From: Eledone cirrhosa | Lineage: Eukaryota | Direction: 5' to 3' | NCBI GenBank assembly: GCA_964016885.1 | Contig: OZ024752.1 | Location: 15,934,001 to 15,998,000 of the forward strand | Length of the DNA stretch: 64,000 nucleotides | Part shown: positions 27,176 to 40,740 of the stretch, in pieces | Numbering within the stretch: the stretch's first letter is position 1 | Layout: each line of letters starts with the position of its first letter | The notes under the pieces: generated by a model | Database searches by the model: none | Told to the model about the DNA's origin: nothing | The model's input: the letters and a program-made list of their open reading frames with translations, nothing else | Made by a program: the position numbers and the translations under genes

Positions 27176-27785
27176 GTCAGGTCACCAGTTGGTGCTACTG
27201 GTAACATGTATCCCAGTACAACCTGTCTCATGGTCGGGTCGTTGGCGACTAAACTGGCAACCCCACCAAGGTTTCTTAGTGAGGAGGGTGACTTTGGACA
27301 TCCTGCAGGACTAAAAACAAGACCTGTCAAAGGGCAAAGGAGCTCTTAAGAGTCAATGGCCATCCAAAATCACAGGGAGAGATGACCCCTTAGCCTTTGT
27401 CAAGGCAGAATTCTAGGAGAAGGAAAACTCTGATATAACACCTGCAACCCTGATGGTATCCAATGATGTTGACTTGTTCTTCTTTTTGGTAAATATCATC
27501 TTGGTTAAGAGAGTGGGACTGGCTTTGTGCAGTGCCTTTGCTCACTATAAAAGCTTCACGGCACAGGCATTGCTTTATATCTGGAGATCTCTCTGCACTT
27601 GTCGTCACATGGTACCATGGGCCCAGCACTATATGTCAATAATGGTCACAAGTGGGGTATTTGTGCCAGAATTTTCAAGTCGCTGGCTGGACTAAAAACT
27701 AACACTCGTTCAGCGCATCGGTAGGGGTTCTCCTACATGGATATAAAGTAGTGGCCGTACTCGAAAACGAGTTGGCAGCCACCAT
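27176..27785 (+). mobile_element. Non-autonomous bipartite RTE-derived element
   Basis: ~600 bp, close homologue at 61593-62200; CTAGGAGAAGGAAAACTCTG motif; tail GGCCGTACTCGAAAACGAGTTGGCAGCCA. Confidence 0.7.
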
Positions 27786-27824
27786 ATATATATATATATG
27801 TGGGTGGGGGTGTATGTATGTAGA

Positions 27825-28212
27825 GACAAAGGGCGGAAGAACTCATAAGAGTCAACGGCCATCCAAACTTGTTTAAATATGTATATATACATGTACCACG
27901 TGGTTAAACCACTGGGAGTGAAGGACCCCTCGGCTTTGTCAGTGCATTCTTCCAGGAGAATACAACTCAGGAAACAAGGATGACTCCGATATAAAACCTG
28001 CGGCTCAGTAGACACCGATGATGTTTATCTTTTCTTCTTTTCAGGTTATAGCTACTGTCCCTCAGAGAGTGGGATTGGTTCAGTGCACAGTCTTTCCTCA
28101 CTTTAAAAAATATCTTCACGCACAGGCATTGCACGATAGAATTAATTAATAATTATAAATAATGGTGTATCATGCAATGACCATACTCGATAACGAGGGA
28201 TCAGCCATCATG
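27825..28212 (+). mobile_element. Second RTE-derived non-autonomous element
   Basis: Diverged paralogue of the preceding element; tail GCAATGACCATACTCGATAACGAGGGATCAGCCATCATGTAT matches the reverse complement of 52882-52922. Confidence 0.65.
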
Positions 28213-28435
28213 TATATATATATGTAAATATATATATATGTAAATATATATATATATAAATATAAATATTTATATATATATTAGAACATATATAGCTTTC
28301 ACCGTATTTTTGACTAAAGGAATTTCAGCTTGATAACGGAGTTTAGAACTCTCAGATAAATGGAAAAAGATTAGTATTGACGTACGTGGGAGTCGAACCC
28401 ACATCTGTGGTTATCGCGACCACTGTGCTACCATT

Positions 28436-30089
28436 TTGTTTCTGTGTGTGTGTTGTGTGCTCAGTCTGCGCATGCGCCACATCCGGGTGTATGTGTGTGT
28501 TTATGACTTAAACTTAAACTTAAAGAACAATTAGAAGACCCCTTAACCCTGATAAAGTACTCCCGCTACGTTGATGATATAAACATCGTAGTTAAGACAC
28601 CCCCACTAGAGAACAGTCAGGAACTAGAGAAAAACACAATGGAAAGCATCCAGCAAATAGCAAACTCCATCCACCAGAGCATTAGAGTTACTATAGACTA
28701 CCCAAGTAAACACCCCAACCATCGATTACCTGTACTAGACACAGAGCTCTGGTTAGATACCATTAACATCAAAAAACAAATCCTCCATTCCCATTATGCC
28801 AAACCCATGACTTCCAAACATCTGATCCACCGAAACTCGGCCGTTTCGGACCATACCAAAATCAACATACTGATTGCGGATTTGGTACGGGTGATGAGAA
28901 ACGTGTCCCGCATGTGCAACCCCGAAGAACTAGAGAAACACATACAACACTTCAGCCACCGTATGCAGTTCTCTGGCTACAATCAGAGAGATAAAATCAG
29001 AGTGTATAGAGGAGCCAGAACCAAATGGAAAAAATGGTAAATAGTGACATAAATGGGACCTGCCCCTTGTATAGGAGCAAATTTTGGAATAGAATAGAAA
29101 GAACTAGGAACAAGGCTAATAGAATAAACTCATGGTATGATAGCAATAAATACCAGAGTGTAATGTTCATCGATACAATCCCTAGAGGTGAATTAGCTTA
29201 CAAATTTAGAAGGGCCCTAAATAAACATAAACTCAATATTAAGATAGTAGAAAGACCAGGTACCTCCGTAAAAACACTTATTAGCAAGACATACCCTTTT
29301 CAAAGACCCTCATGTATAGATAAGAAATGTATAACCTGTAAAATAAGCCCCCATGTTAATTGTAAAACTAGAAATGTAGTGTATAGCATAAGATGTACTG
29401 AAGGACAATGTAGAGACAAAAATATAGTGTACATAGGTGAGACAGCTCGTAGTGTAGGGGAACGGATAAATGAACACTGGCGAGACCTTCAAGATAGTAA
29501 AGAATCATCTGTACTCTACCAACATGCTAAAATAGAACACAAGGGTAAATTAGAGAACATAGTAATAAAAATAGAATCTACACACAGAAAAGACGCAATG
29601 TTTAGACAAATTACAGAGGCAATAAACATAAAAGAATTACAACCAAAATTAAATAGAAAATATGAGTGGAACAGCAACATCACAACTTACAATTAAGGAC
29701 AAAATGAAAACACACACACACGTACAACAAACAACCAACCAGTAACATGTATATAAAAAAATAAATAAATGAACATAAACACACACAGACACCCGGATGT
29801 GGCGCATGCGCAGACTGAGCACACAACACACACACAAAAACAAAATGGCGTAGGACAGAACAAAGGAGAGGAACAGAAACAAAGAAAGGAATCCCCAGTC
29901 ACTGAAGAGGTCACAGAGTGTTTGACGAAAGAACTATGACAATATATAAACAACAATCTGGTTGTGGAACCAACCAACCAACCAGAAATTTATAAATTTA
30001 TAAATTTATTATAAATTTATTATGATAAATTTAAGTGAAAGCAACTGGTGAGTGTGTTTCTTATTGGCAACATGACCCTCCCAAAGTAT

Positions 30090-30095
<6 letters not shown>
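28436..30095 (+). mobile_element. 5'-truncated Penelope-like element with a 5' inverted pLTR piece, GIY-YIG and a 3' pLTR with HHR (29898-29940)
   Basis: YSRYVDDI..LPVLDTELW..; frameshift near 29030; C..C..C..NC linker; VVYSIRC..YIGETARS..R..EH..RQITEA; 28436-28505 is the reverse complement of 29774-29846. Confidence 0.92.
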
Positions 30096-30120
<25 letters not shown>

Positions 30121-30125
<5 letters not shown>

Positions 30126-31682
30126 ATAAATGCTCTGAAATAGCGATATATATGTGAATATAGACATAGAATATTCGAAAATATTCTGTATGTTTATAAT
30201 AAACATTTTGAAGACCTAATCGCTATAGAATAGAATACGTCACGTATTACAATTAGATTCTCGATAAAAGCAAGGGAAGTAATCTACGCGTTTCATTCTC
30301 GTTAGAAATCATCAGGACTACATATCCAGTGCTTTTATCGAGAATGACACAGCTAGAGACTTATAGAATACTTAGCTGTGTACAGGAACTGGTTTGAAAG
30401 AGCGGTTGCCGGTCCGGCAGAAATTAGAAATTGGAATAAATGCTCTGAAATAGCGATATATATGTGAATATAGACATAGAATATTCGAAAATATTCTGTA
30501 TGTTTATAATAAACATTTTGAAGACCTAATCGCTATAGAATAGAATACGTCACGTATTACAATTAGATTCTCGATAAAAGCAAGGGAAGTAATCTACGCG
30601 TTTCATTCTCGTTAGAAATCATCAGGACTACATATCCAGTGCTTTTATCGAGAATGACACAGCTAGAGACTTATAGAATACTTAGCTGTGTACAGGAACT
30701 GGTTTGAAAGAGCGGTTGCCGGTCCGGCAGAAATTAGAAATTGGAATAAATGCTCTGAAATAGCGATATATATGTGAATATAGACATAGAATATTCGAAA
30801 ATATTCTGTATGTTTATAATAAACATTTTGAAGACCTAATCGCTATAGAATAGAATACGTCACGTATTACAATTAGATTCTCGATAAAAGCAAGGGAAGT
30901 AATCTACGCGTTTCATTCTCGAGAATGAAACGCGTAGATTACTTCCCTTGCTTTTATCGAGAATCTAATTGTAATACGTGACGTATTCTATTCTATAGCG
31001 ATTAGGTCTTCAAAATGTTTATTATAAACATACAGAATATTTTCGAATATTCTATGTCTATATTCACATATATATCGCTATTTCAGAGCATTTATTCCAA
31101 TTTCTAATTTCTGCCGGACCGGCAACCGCTCTTTCAAACCAGTTCCTGTACACAGCTAAGTATTCTATAAGTCTCTAGCTGTGTCATTCTCGATAAAAGC
31201 ACTGGATATGTAGTCCTGATGATTTCTAACGAGAATGAAACGCGTAGATTACTTCCCTTGCTTTTATCGAGAATCTAATTGTAATACGTGACGTATTCTA
31301 TTCTATAGCGATTAGGTCTTCAAAATGTTTATTATAAACATACAGAATATTTTCGAATATTCTATGTCTATATTCACATATATATCGCTATTTCAGAGCA
31401 TTTATTCCAATTTCTAATTTCTGCCGGACCGGCAACCGCTCTTTCAAACCAGTTCCTGTACACAGCTAAGTATTCTATAAGTCTCTAGCTGTGTCATTCT
31501 CGATAAAAGCACTGGATATGTAGTCCTGATGATTTCTAACGAGAATGAAACGCGTAGATTACTTCCCTTGCTTTTATCGAGAATCTAATTGTAATACGTG
31601 ACGTATTCTATTCTATAGCGATTAGGTCTTCAAAATGTTTATTATAAACATACAGAATATTTTCGAATATTCTATGTCTATA

Positions 31683-31686
<4 letters not shown>
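30121..31686. repeat. Palindromic array of 310-bp HHR-containing monomers (retrozyme-like)
   Basis: TTGGAATAAATGC recurs at 30121, 30431 and 30741; inversion centre at 30920/30921; HHRs at 30279-30321(-), 30589-30631(-), 31210-31252(+) and 31520-31562(+). Confidence 0.93.
31210..31252 (+). ncRNA. Minimal type I hammerhead ribozyme (array monomer)
   Basis: GTAGTC-CTGATGA-tTTCT aacg AGAAt-GAAA-CGCG-TA-GATTAC; palindromic ACGCGT stem/loop III. Confidence 0.85.
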
Positions 31687-32707
<1,021 letters not shown>

Positions 32708-32960
32708 TTATTTTTACGTGCGATATCCATTTTTACGTGCGATAAACATGAGGGAGGTGGTTGACCGTTCAGCTGTTGCGTGGAAATGGCAGCGGGAAAT
32801 GGTAGCGGAACGACGAGCTTCGGCCCGAAAACAATCTTCTATTTATTCATTTTTAAAAAAGTACTAACTGTTTATGGTTTGAATTAGTAATTGTATTGGT
32901 TAGTATTCAGTTTTGGTTTTCAGTTTTACCGGTTGCGCATTTCTAAATGCTTTTCAAAAA

Positions 32961-33359
32961 TAATTTTGAGATAGAGCGTCCGTGATGTTTGCTCTGATCT
33001 GATTAGTTTTGGGAATTCTACCTGTTTTTATGTTTAAAAAGTGGCTGCTATTCGCACACACATCCCTGCTAACCATTATCACAACAACGAACACTTTTCT
33101 ACTACTACACACACACACACACACATATTTGTTGTGAAAGAGTCATATCTCAGTCTTGGCGCAAAATCAATTTTTTACATTCACATGACCTCTACCGACC
33201 AATCAAAATTGTTTTGACCACAAGAATTTTTACAACACGAATTGGCGCAAAAAAACAATTTTAATAGCGCTGGCGCCACATTTTTAACATAAAAACAGGT
33301 AGAATTCCCAAAACTAATCAGATGTGAGCAAACATCACGGACGCTCTATCTCAAAATTA
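32961..33359. mobile_element. MITE-like element with ~85-bp terminal inverted repeats
   Basis: TAATTTTGAGATAGAGCGTCCGTGATGTTTGCTC..GGGAATTCTACCTGTTTTTATGTT is inverted at 33277-33359; superfamily not assigned. Confidence 0.7.
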
Positions 33360-33546
33360 AACTATTTTTCACTGTGAACAATTTGTCAGCATTTTCTATT
33401 CCGTTTACCAATATATAATAACTCTATTCTTTTAACTATATATATATATAGGGGGGGGGGGGTCATTTTAACGGCTTGATTCATTCAGCGGACTGAAAGC
33501 GATACATCTACATATACGTGGATTTATATCTAGTAGGTTTGGAAAA

Positions 33547-33626
33547 GCTATCTGAAGACCTATATCTTTCCATTGGGAATTCTCTGAATTTCCAATCTTT
33601 TGATAAGCGAAACCCTCGGTCATGGC
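33547..33626 (+). ncRNA. Type I HHR with extended stem II
   Basis: GCTAT-CTGAAGA-(inner hairpin TTGGGAATTC/GAATTTCCAA)-GAAA-CCctcGG-TC-ATGGC. Confidence 0.7.
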
Positions 33627-33698
33627 ACTAGAAGAGGCAAATATTTAAATCGTATTTTAATTTATTTAAAAGATTGTTTAATGTTTACTTGTTGCGCT

Positions 33699-33753
<55 letters not shown>

Positions 33754-34215
33754 TTCAAGAGTAACCAATCTTAAAGATGGAGATAGGAGAGGAGTTAGGA
33801 GAGGAGAGATTGGTGAATTAGTTAGAAGCCAATATATATATATATTAGTAATAAACGAAAGATATATACTTTATATCATCTCTATCTATTTCATTATATA
33901 TATTTCGAAGATGCAAAGCTTTATGTATAACATAAAGGAAAACATGTTCTCCTCAGACAAAATATAAAGAAAATGTATAATATTTTTCCTGATATGCAGA
34001 TAGACAAACGAACTGGGCAGTTCGATGACCACCAGGCATACGCCTGGTGGTCATTGATCTTCTTTGTTCTGTCCTATGGAATCTTGTTTTTATGTGTTGT
34101 GTGCTTAGTTTGCGCATGCGTTACGGGTATGTTTGTTTTTATTTATTTGTCACTAGATTTCAAATAAGAAATCTCGTAAACCAAATTCAAAAACGAATTA
34201 AATATATATATATAT

Positions 34216-34278
<63 letters not shown>

Positions 34279-34296
34279 CTCAGATAAGTTTATCCT

Positions 34297-34469
34297 GGGT
34301 TCTATAGGGGGTAACCACAGTAAGTAAGGTACTCAATACAAAGCAGAGTATAAATATTTAATATAGAAAAAGCCTCTACAGGACTAGAAATGTTTCATTC
34401 GGGAGAAATCATCAGGAAGCCCTAATGATTTCTCCCGAATGAAACAGTTCTATCCCTGAAGTAGCCTTT

Positions 34470-34478
<9 letters not shown>
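34297..34478. mobile_element. Family D fold-back (HHR cores partly decayed)
   Basis: GGTAACCACAGTAAGTAAGGTACTCAATAC..TTTCATTCGGGAGAAATCATCAG../..ATGATTTCTCCCGAATGAAAC. Confidence 0.75.
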
Positions 34479-34536
<58 letters not shown>

Positions 34537-34682
34537 TGAATATCAAAGAAAAAGGAACACAGATATATACATATAACTGTCCAAATCACAAGGGGCGAGA
34601 TTTGCTAAGGTGAAAAGAATACTAACTATAGACAATAAGGTTTGCCTGTCTCAATTTAAGAAAAAATATATTCCTTTGATAC

Positions 34683-34717
<35 letters not shown>

Positions 34718-34762
34718 TGAAAAAGAACACAAGAGCGTCTACAACATCAAAAGATTTTTATT

Positions 34763-34811
34763 GGCTAACAATGTTTCTTCCTTACGTGTAACCGTAGGTT
34801 TCATCAGAGCT
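34763..34811 (-). ncRNA. Type I HHR (related to 47114-47158)
   Basis: GCT-CTGATGA-aaCCTACG gttaca CGTAaGGaa-GAAA-CATTG-TT-AGC. Confidence 0.6.
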
Positions 34812-34934
34812 ATAAAAGGGGTTTGATTGGTGTTATGGACTCTACCAACCAAACACCCAAGAACAAAGAGTAAAGAGAGTAAAGAGCAAAAGTAGGGGAC
34901 GATAAGTCTAATTTTGGTGCGGGAGGGTGGGGTG

Positions 34935-36020
<1,086 letters not shown>

Positions 36021-36480
36021 GGGTGGGGTCTTGTTTGTAGATGCATATGCTTGTTTTGTTGATTATGGATAAAATATTTTGATGTTATTGGTATTAAGCT
36101 GAGTTACTAAGAAAATTGATGTTTTCTTCTAGAAAGGAAATGTTGAAAAATGTAAAACATGAGGAGATATGAGGCAGAAGCTAAAACCAAACAAATCTTT
36201 TGAAGTTATTTAGATCAGCTTCATATGAAGTATTAGGATTCTGCTTGTTACTCGTCATTCTGAAATTAAAATTACGTTGAAAATACATCGGAAGACGTAT
36301 AACTCTCAATGACTAAGCTCCACCAAAACATATTTTCATTATCTTATATGGATTATATATTAATCGCATCTTTATAAAGATTTTACTGAACATACACTTC
36401 CCTAGACGTGCACGAATACACACACACACACAAACACACACACACAGACACACACACACGCATATATAGATAGATAGATA

Positions 36481-38832
36481 ACTTTCTTTTTATTTGCCAC
36501 CAGGGCATCAAAAGTGGGACAAGTACAATGGGGGGAGTTTACATAACAAGGCGTCCTCAATATGGAGGAGGCAATAACAAAGTATCAAAATAAAATACAA
36601 TATAACAAAATAAATTTTATAACAAAATCCTCCATAGGGAGGAGGCGCCTTGGGGGGTCGCACACACCCCCGAAAAAAAGTGTGCAACCCTTCTCCTCAG
36701 GAGCACAGAGAGGGGGTGCTCCCTTGATCTTCCTCTTCCTCACCTATAGTCTGATGTAGGATGACGGCCCATTCACACGGGCCATTCTCGCCACTTTCAC
36801 CCATCTTTCATAAAAGCGGCTGGGGTGTAGCACCTCTCTCTCCATCCTGATCCTTCTTCCGAAATGATATCAGAAGAAACGGACCAGTTGTTGGCCAGAG
36901 AGAAAGGTGTCTGACCTCAGTCCTTTCAGACACGTCCACCATACAACCTCTTTCGCCATGGCTATTACGCACAGAAACACCGCCTCTCCTTCGTTTTTGA
37001 AGAGGGGGGGGGCAGCTTGATCGTTACAATAGACTCGGTGGTCAACCGGATCGGTCCCACCCTTGACAGCAGTTGTTCGACATAGCCCCACAGATCGGCA
37101 ATGCTCGAGCAGTGTACCAATGCGTGTGAAACGGTTTCCTCGTCGCACACGCACGTGGGACAGATCTTTTTCGAGGGGTCCCTACCCGGGCGCCCGTGTC
37201 TGTAGAACCTTTCTCGAACGGGCAGAGCCCTTCTGTAGCACTGCCAGGCCAGGGACATCTGAAAGTTATCCATGGGTCCCGGGCTGAATGTCCTACCGAA
37301 CAGGTTGGCCAGTTCGTCTTCCTCGATGCCTAGGGCTTCTCCGAGGGCGTCGTCGCACCTGCTAACCACCAGCCCTCTATAGAATGACGAGGTGGATTCT
37401 CCACTGACAGCCGGGTCCGCCTGCCAGAGAGCCGTGAGCGCCTGGGCACACTCGGTGTGCCAGGCGCCCAATTTTCTCGGTCTTTGCTTGACCCAGGATT
37501 GCAGCTCGGTCAGTGAGACGAGTCTGGGAAAGGCTCGCCTCATAAACGGGGCCCACACCGGTTGACCGGTGAGGAATAGCTGGAGGTGCCGTAGCCTTAC
37601 TGCGTGTTTGCGTATCATTAGCCATGGCATCCCCAGCCCTCCTTTCGAAGGGTGTTGACAGCAGATGGATCTCCTCACCATAGGAGCCCGCTTCTTCCAA
37701 ACGAATTGGAAGAGTGCGCGCTCCATTTTGGCGAGCCTTTCCCTTGGGCAAGGCACAATGGTCAGGCGGTAGTAGATGACGGACGCTATATAAGTGTTCG
37801 CCACCTCCGCCCGACCTTTCAGGGACAGTTTGCACTCGGCCCACTTCTGGGTCAGTGCAAACACCCTGTTCGTTACCTCACCCCATTTCTCCTCCACCTG
37901 GAGGTCTGGTCCGAACCAGACCCCGAGCAACTTCACCGGGCCCCCCATCCAGTGCCCGACGACGAAATCGGAGGGCATCGATCTGCCATCCACGTGCCGA
38001 GTTGCAGACCGATCGACTTGTCCCGGTTCAGCTTAGTCCCTGTAAACCTTTCGTACTCCTCCAGTAAGGTGCCGACCGCCCCGCTTTCCGAGGCCGTCGA
38101 CACCATTACTGTTACGTCGTCGGCGTAGGCTGACACCACTTTCCGCAATCCCGGTTCATGCAACAACTCCAACTTCCGCAGCAGTGGCTCTCGAGTCATT
38201 ACATACAGAAGGGAGGAGAGAGGGCACCCTGGTCGGATGGACCGCGCGATTTCGAACGGCTCCGAGAGGTAGCCGTTCACCTTGACCCTAGAGCAGATGC
38301 GGCTGCTGTGCATGGCATTGATCCAGCCCCTGAAAATGGGTCCGAAGCCTGTCGCCGCTAGCACCGCATACAGGTAACCATGGTCGACCCTATCGAACGC
38401 CTTAGATTGATCCAAGTTGATCAGAGCCCCACCAAACCCGGGTTCGTTCCCAACCCTCTCTATGATGTATCGCATGAGGTCGAGGTTGTCGTGGATGGAC
38501 CTGGACGGGATAGCACATGTCTGCGCATCTCCCACCAGGTTTCCCACGACAAGTGCCAACCTCTTTGCTAGCACCTTGGCCTATTCTGTAACTCTGTATT
38601 TAACACAGTTATGGGCCTGAAATTATTTATATCGTCCCCCTTGTTCTCGTCCTTCCTCACTAGCGTGACTACGCCCTTGGTCACAGCACAGGGAATTCTC
38701 CCGTTCTGCTGCCAGTTGCAGTAGACCGCCTCGAGGAGATCGGGGAACAAGTCCGGCATAGCTAGATACAGTTCGTATGGAAGACCATCGAGACCCGGGA
38801 ATTTGCGTTTGCTGCATTGGCTCAGCACGTCC
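36481..38832 (-). mobile_element. 5'-truncated Tx1/L1-clade LINE, ORF2 frameshifted
   Basis: PGLDGLPYELY, FRPITVLNT, LDQSKAFDRVDH, RPGCPLS, AYADDV, LLGVWFG, GGLGMP, CPTC..ETVSHALVHC; 3' end AATAAAAAGAAAG. Confidence 0.92.
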
Positions 38833-38838
38833 CTATAT

Positions 38839-38883
<45 letters not shown>

Positions 38884-38986
38884 GATCTATATACAGAGAG
38901 AGATATAGGTAAGTAGAAGTAGACCTAGATATGTATATATGTCTGTATTATGTTACACACACACACTTATATATATATATACATAT

Positions 38987-39041
<55 letters not shown>

Positions 39042-39129
39042 GATCGACTTTCGTCAAATCGGACCGAGGAAACAATGTTTCCATTGTTCCAATTGCTAAT
39101 ACTATCTATCGGTCGCAACTCCGAGTAGA

Positions 39130-39216
39130 AAGAGCAACGTGAAATAAAGTGTCTTGCTCAAGGACATAACGCATCGCCCGGTTCTGGAATCGAACTCACA
39201 ACCTCACGATTGCGAA
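39130..39216 (-). mobile_element. SINE S2 fragment
   Basis: reverse complement of 3655-3737. Confidence 0.75.
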
Positions 39217-40479
39217 TCATATATATATCTGTTGCTATTCTGAGTTTCACGAATTAAGGGGTCTGCGTACAGCAGAAACCCCGAAGCTTAGATTTGCTAC
39301 GTAGAAAAATCTTAGTAATATAATACATATATAATGCTCTCTACTTTAGCATCGAGCACTATTTTCCTAGTGATTGTAAACTGAAACATGCTGATATATA
39401 TCAATATATAAATGTATGTGCCTCTGTGTGTTTTCTGTGTGTTTTCTGCGTACGTATTGTATGTGTATATTCATGCTGTGGATATTCATTACGCTGTAAA
39501 TCAAGTGACTTCCTTATTATAATTAGGTTTTATATCAACCTGGTTTCAAATATTATTTTCTAATCTTCCTCTCATAAATCTTCATTCCATATCTCTCCTT
39601 GTCGGACCTTTATCCTACGTTACTGTCTGGATGATATATCTTATCAACTCTTCCTTCTTAAATAATACGAGACAGACAAAAAGCATAACCTAATTCGAAT
39701 ATGAGATTAGTTGACTTGCAATCTACGTTTGATTTACACAAATATTATTTCAAGCAGAAAGCCGCTAATCTTTAATCCGCCATTAGCTTGTCATTTTAAA
39801 GAATTTTTTTTTCTTTTGTACACTTGCCTGGCACTTTTATGAATTTCTGATTGATGTATATTGAGAAGATGTATATATTCATGTAACTTATCAATAGATT
39901 ATAATCTCTGCATGTATGTCTAATGTCTAAAGTTGTCGCGTAAGCGTTTAAAATAAATTTTAGATAAGAAACGAAAGTGATCGGGACCTCATAGATTAAA
40001 TATAGATTCGAATTTCTTAATGCTTGTGTTGCAATTTTTTGACAAGTTATTTCATGTGCGATTGTCTGTTAAGATTAAAATATTCTACCTTTGTTAGAGA
40101 CAGTGTAGGAATTATATCTCACATGCACTGTTATTTACAATTATACCCTGGTTTAGGTTTATTTATCTATATTTCTCATAATGATTTCATACAAAATTAC
40201 TAGTTGAATCATTTCGAGGAAGTGTAGTCGATCTTAACTAGTTTTTATTTTATTTTATCGATGTCAAAAACATGAAAAGCCCAACTTACACTTGCCAATT
40301 TGAAATTATAACCCAAATGGTGATCCTAAATACTGTAATGCATTTTTCTAATTGACCGCCATTTTTAATTTGTAATAGTATATATGCTGGGGCCTCACAT
40401 TCTTTCGTCACAGTAAATTAGAATGTCACTTACCAGGTTGTAGATGTAGTTTGAAATACCATTGTATTTTAGACGTTCT

Positions 40480-40740
40480 GCAGCGGTAGCATGGTGCAGT
40501 CTGCGACTAACCCAGGCTCCGCTGCACTTCGGGCCGAAGAGGGTAAACTCTCCAAATATCGGTCGTTCGTTCTCCGACAGATTTGCGATTGAGCTCGTGG
40601 TAGTGGACACTTCTGGTGTCCTTGGTCTCTAAGGCTACCTCCCTACTCACCACCCTCGGCAGTCAATGCGTGGGCCTCTATTTGATAGTGAGAGATGGTG
40701 AGAGCTGGAGAGACGGAGGCAGTGATAGTGGGTGTTTGGT
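40480..40740 (+). mobile_element. CRE-like 3' fragment
   Basis: QSATNPGSAALRAEEGKLSKYR../SDRFAIELVVVDTSGVLG; homologous to 21661-22030. Confidence 0.7.
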
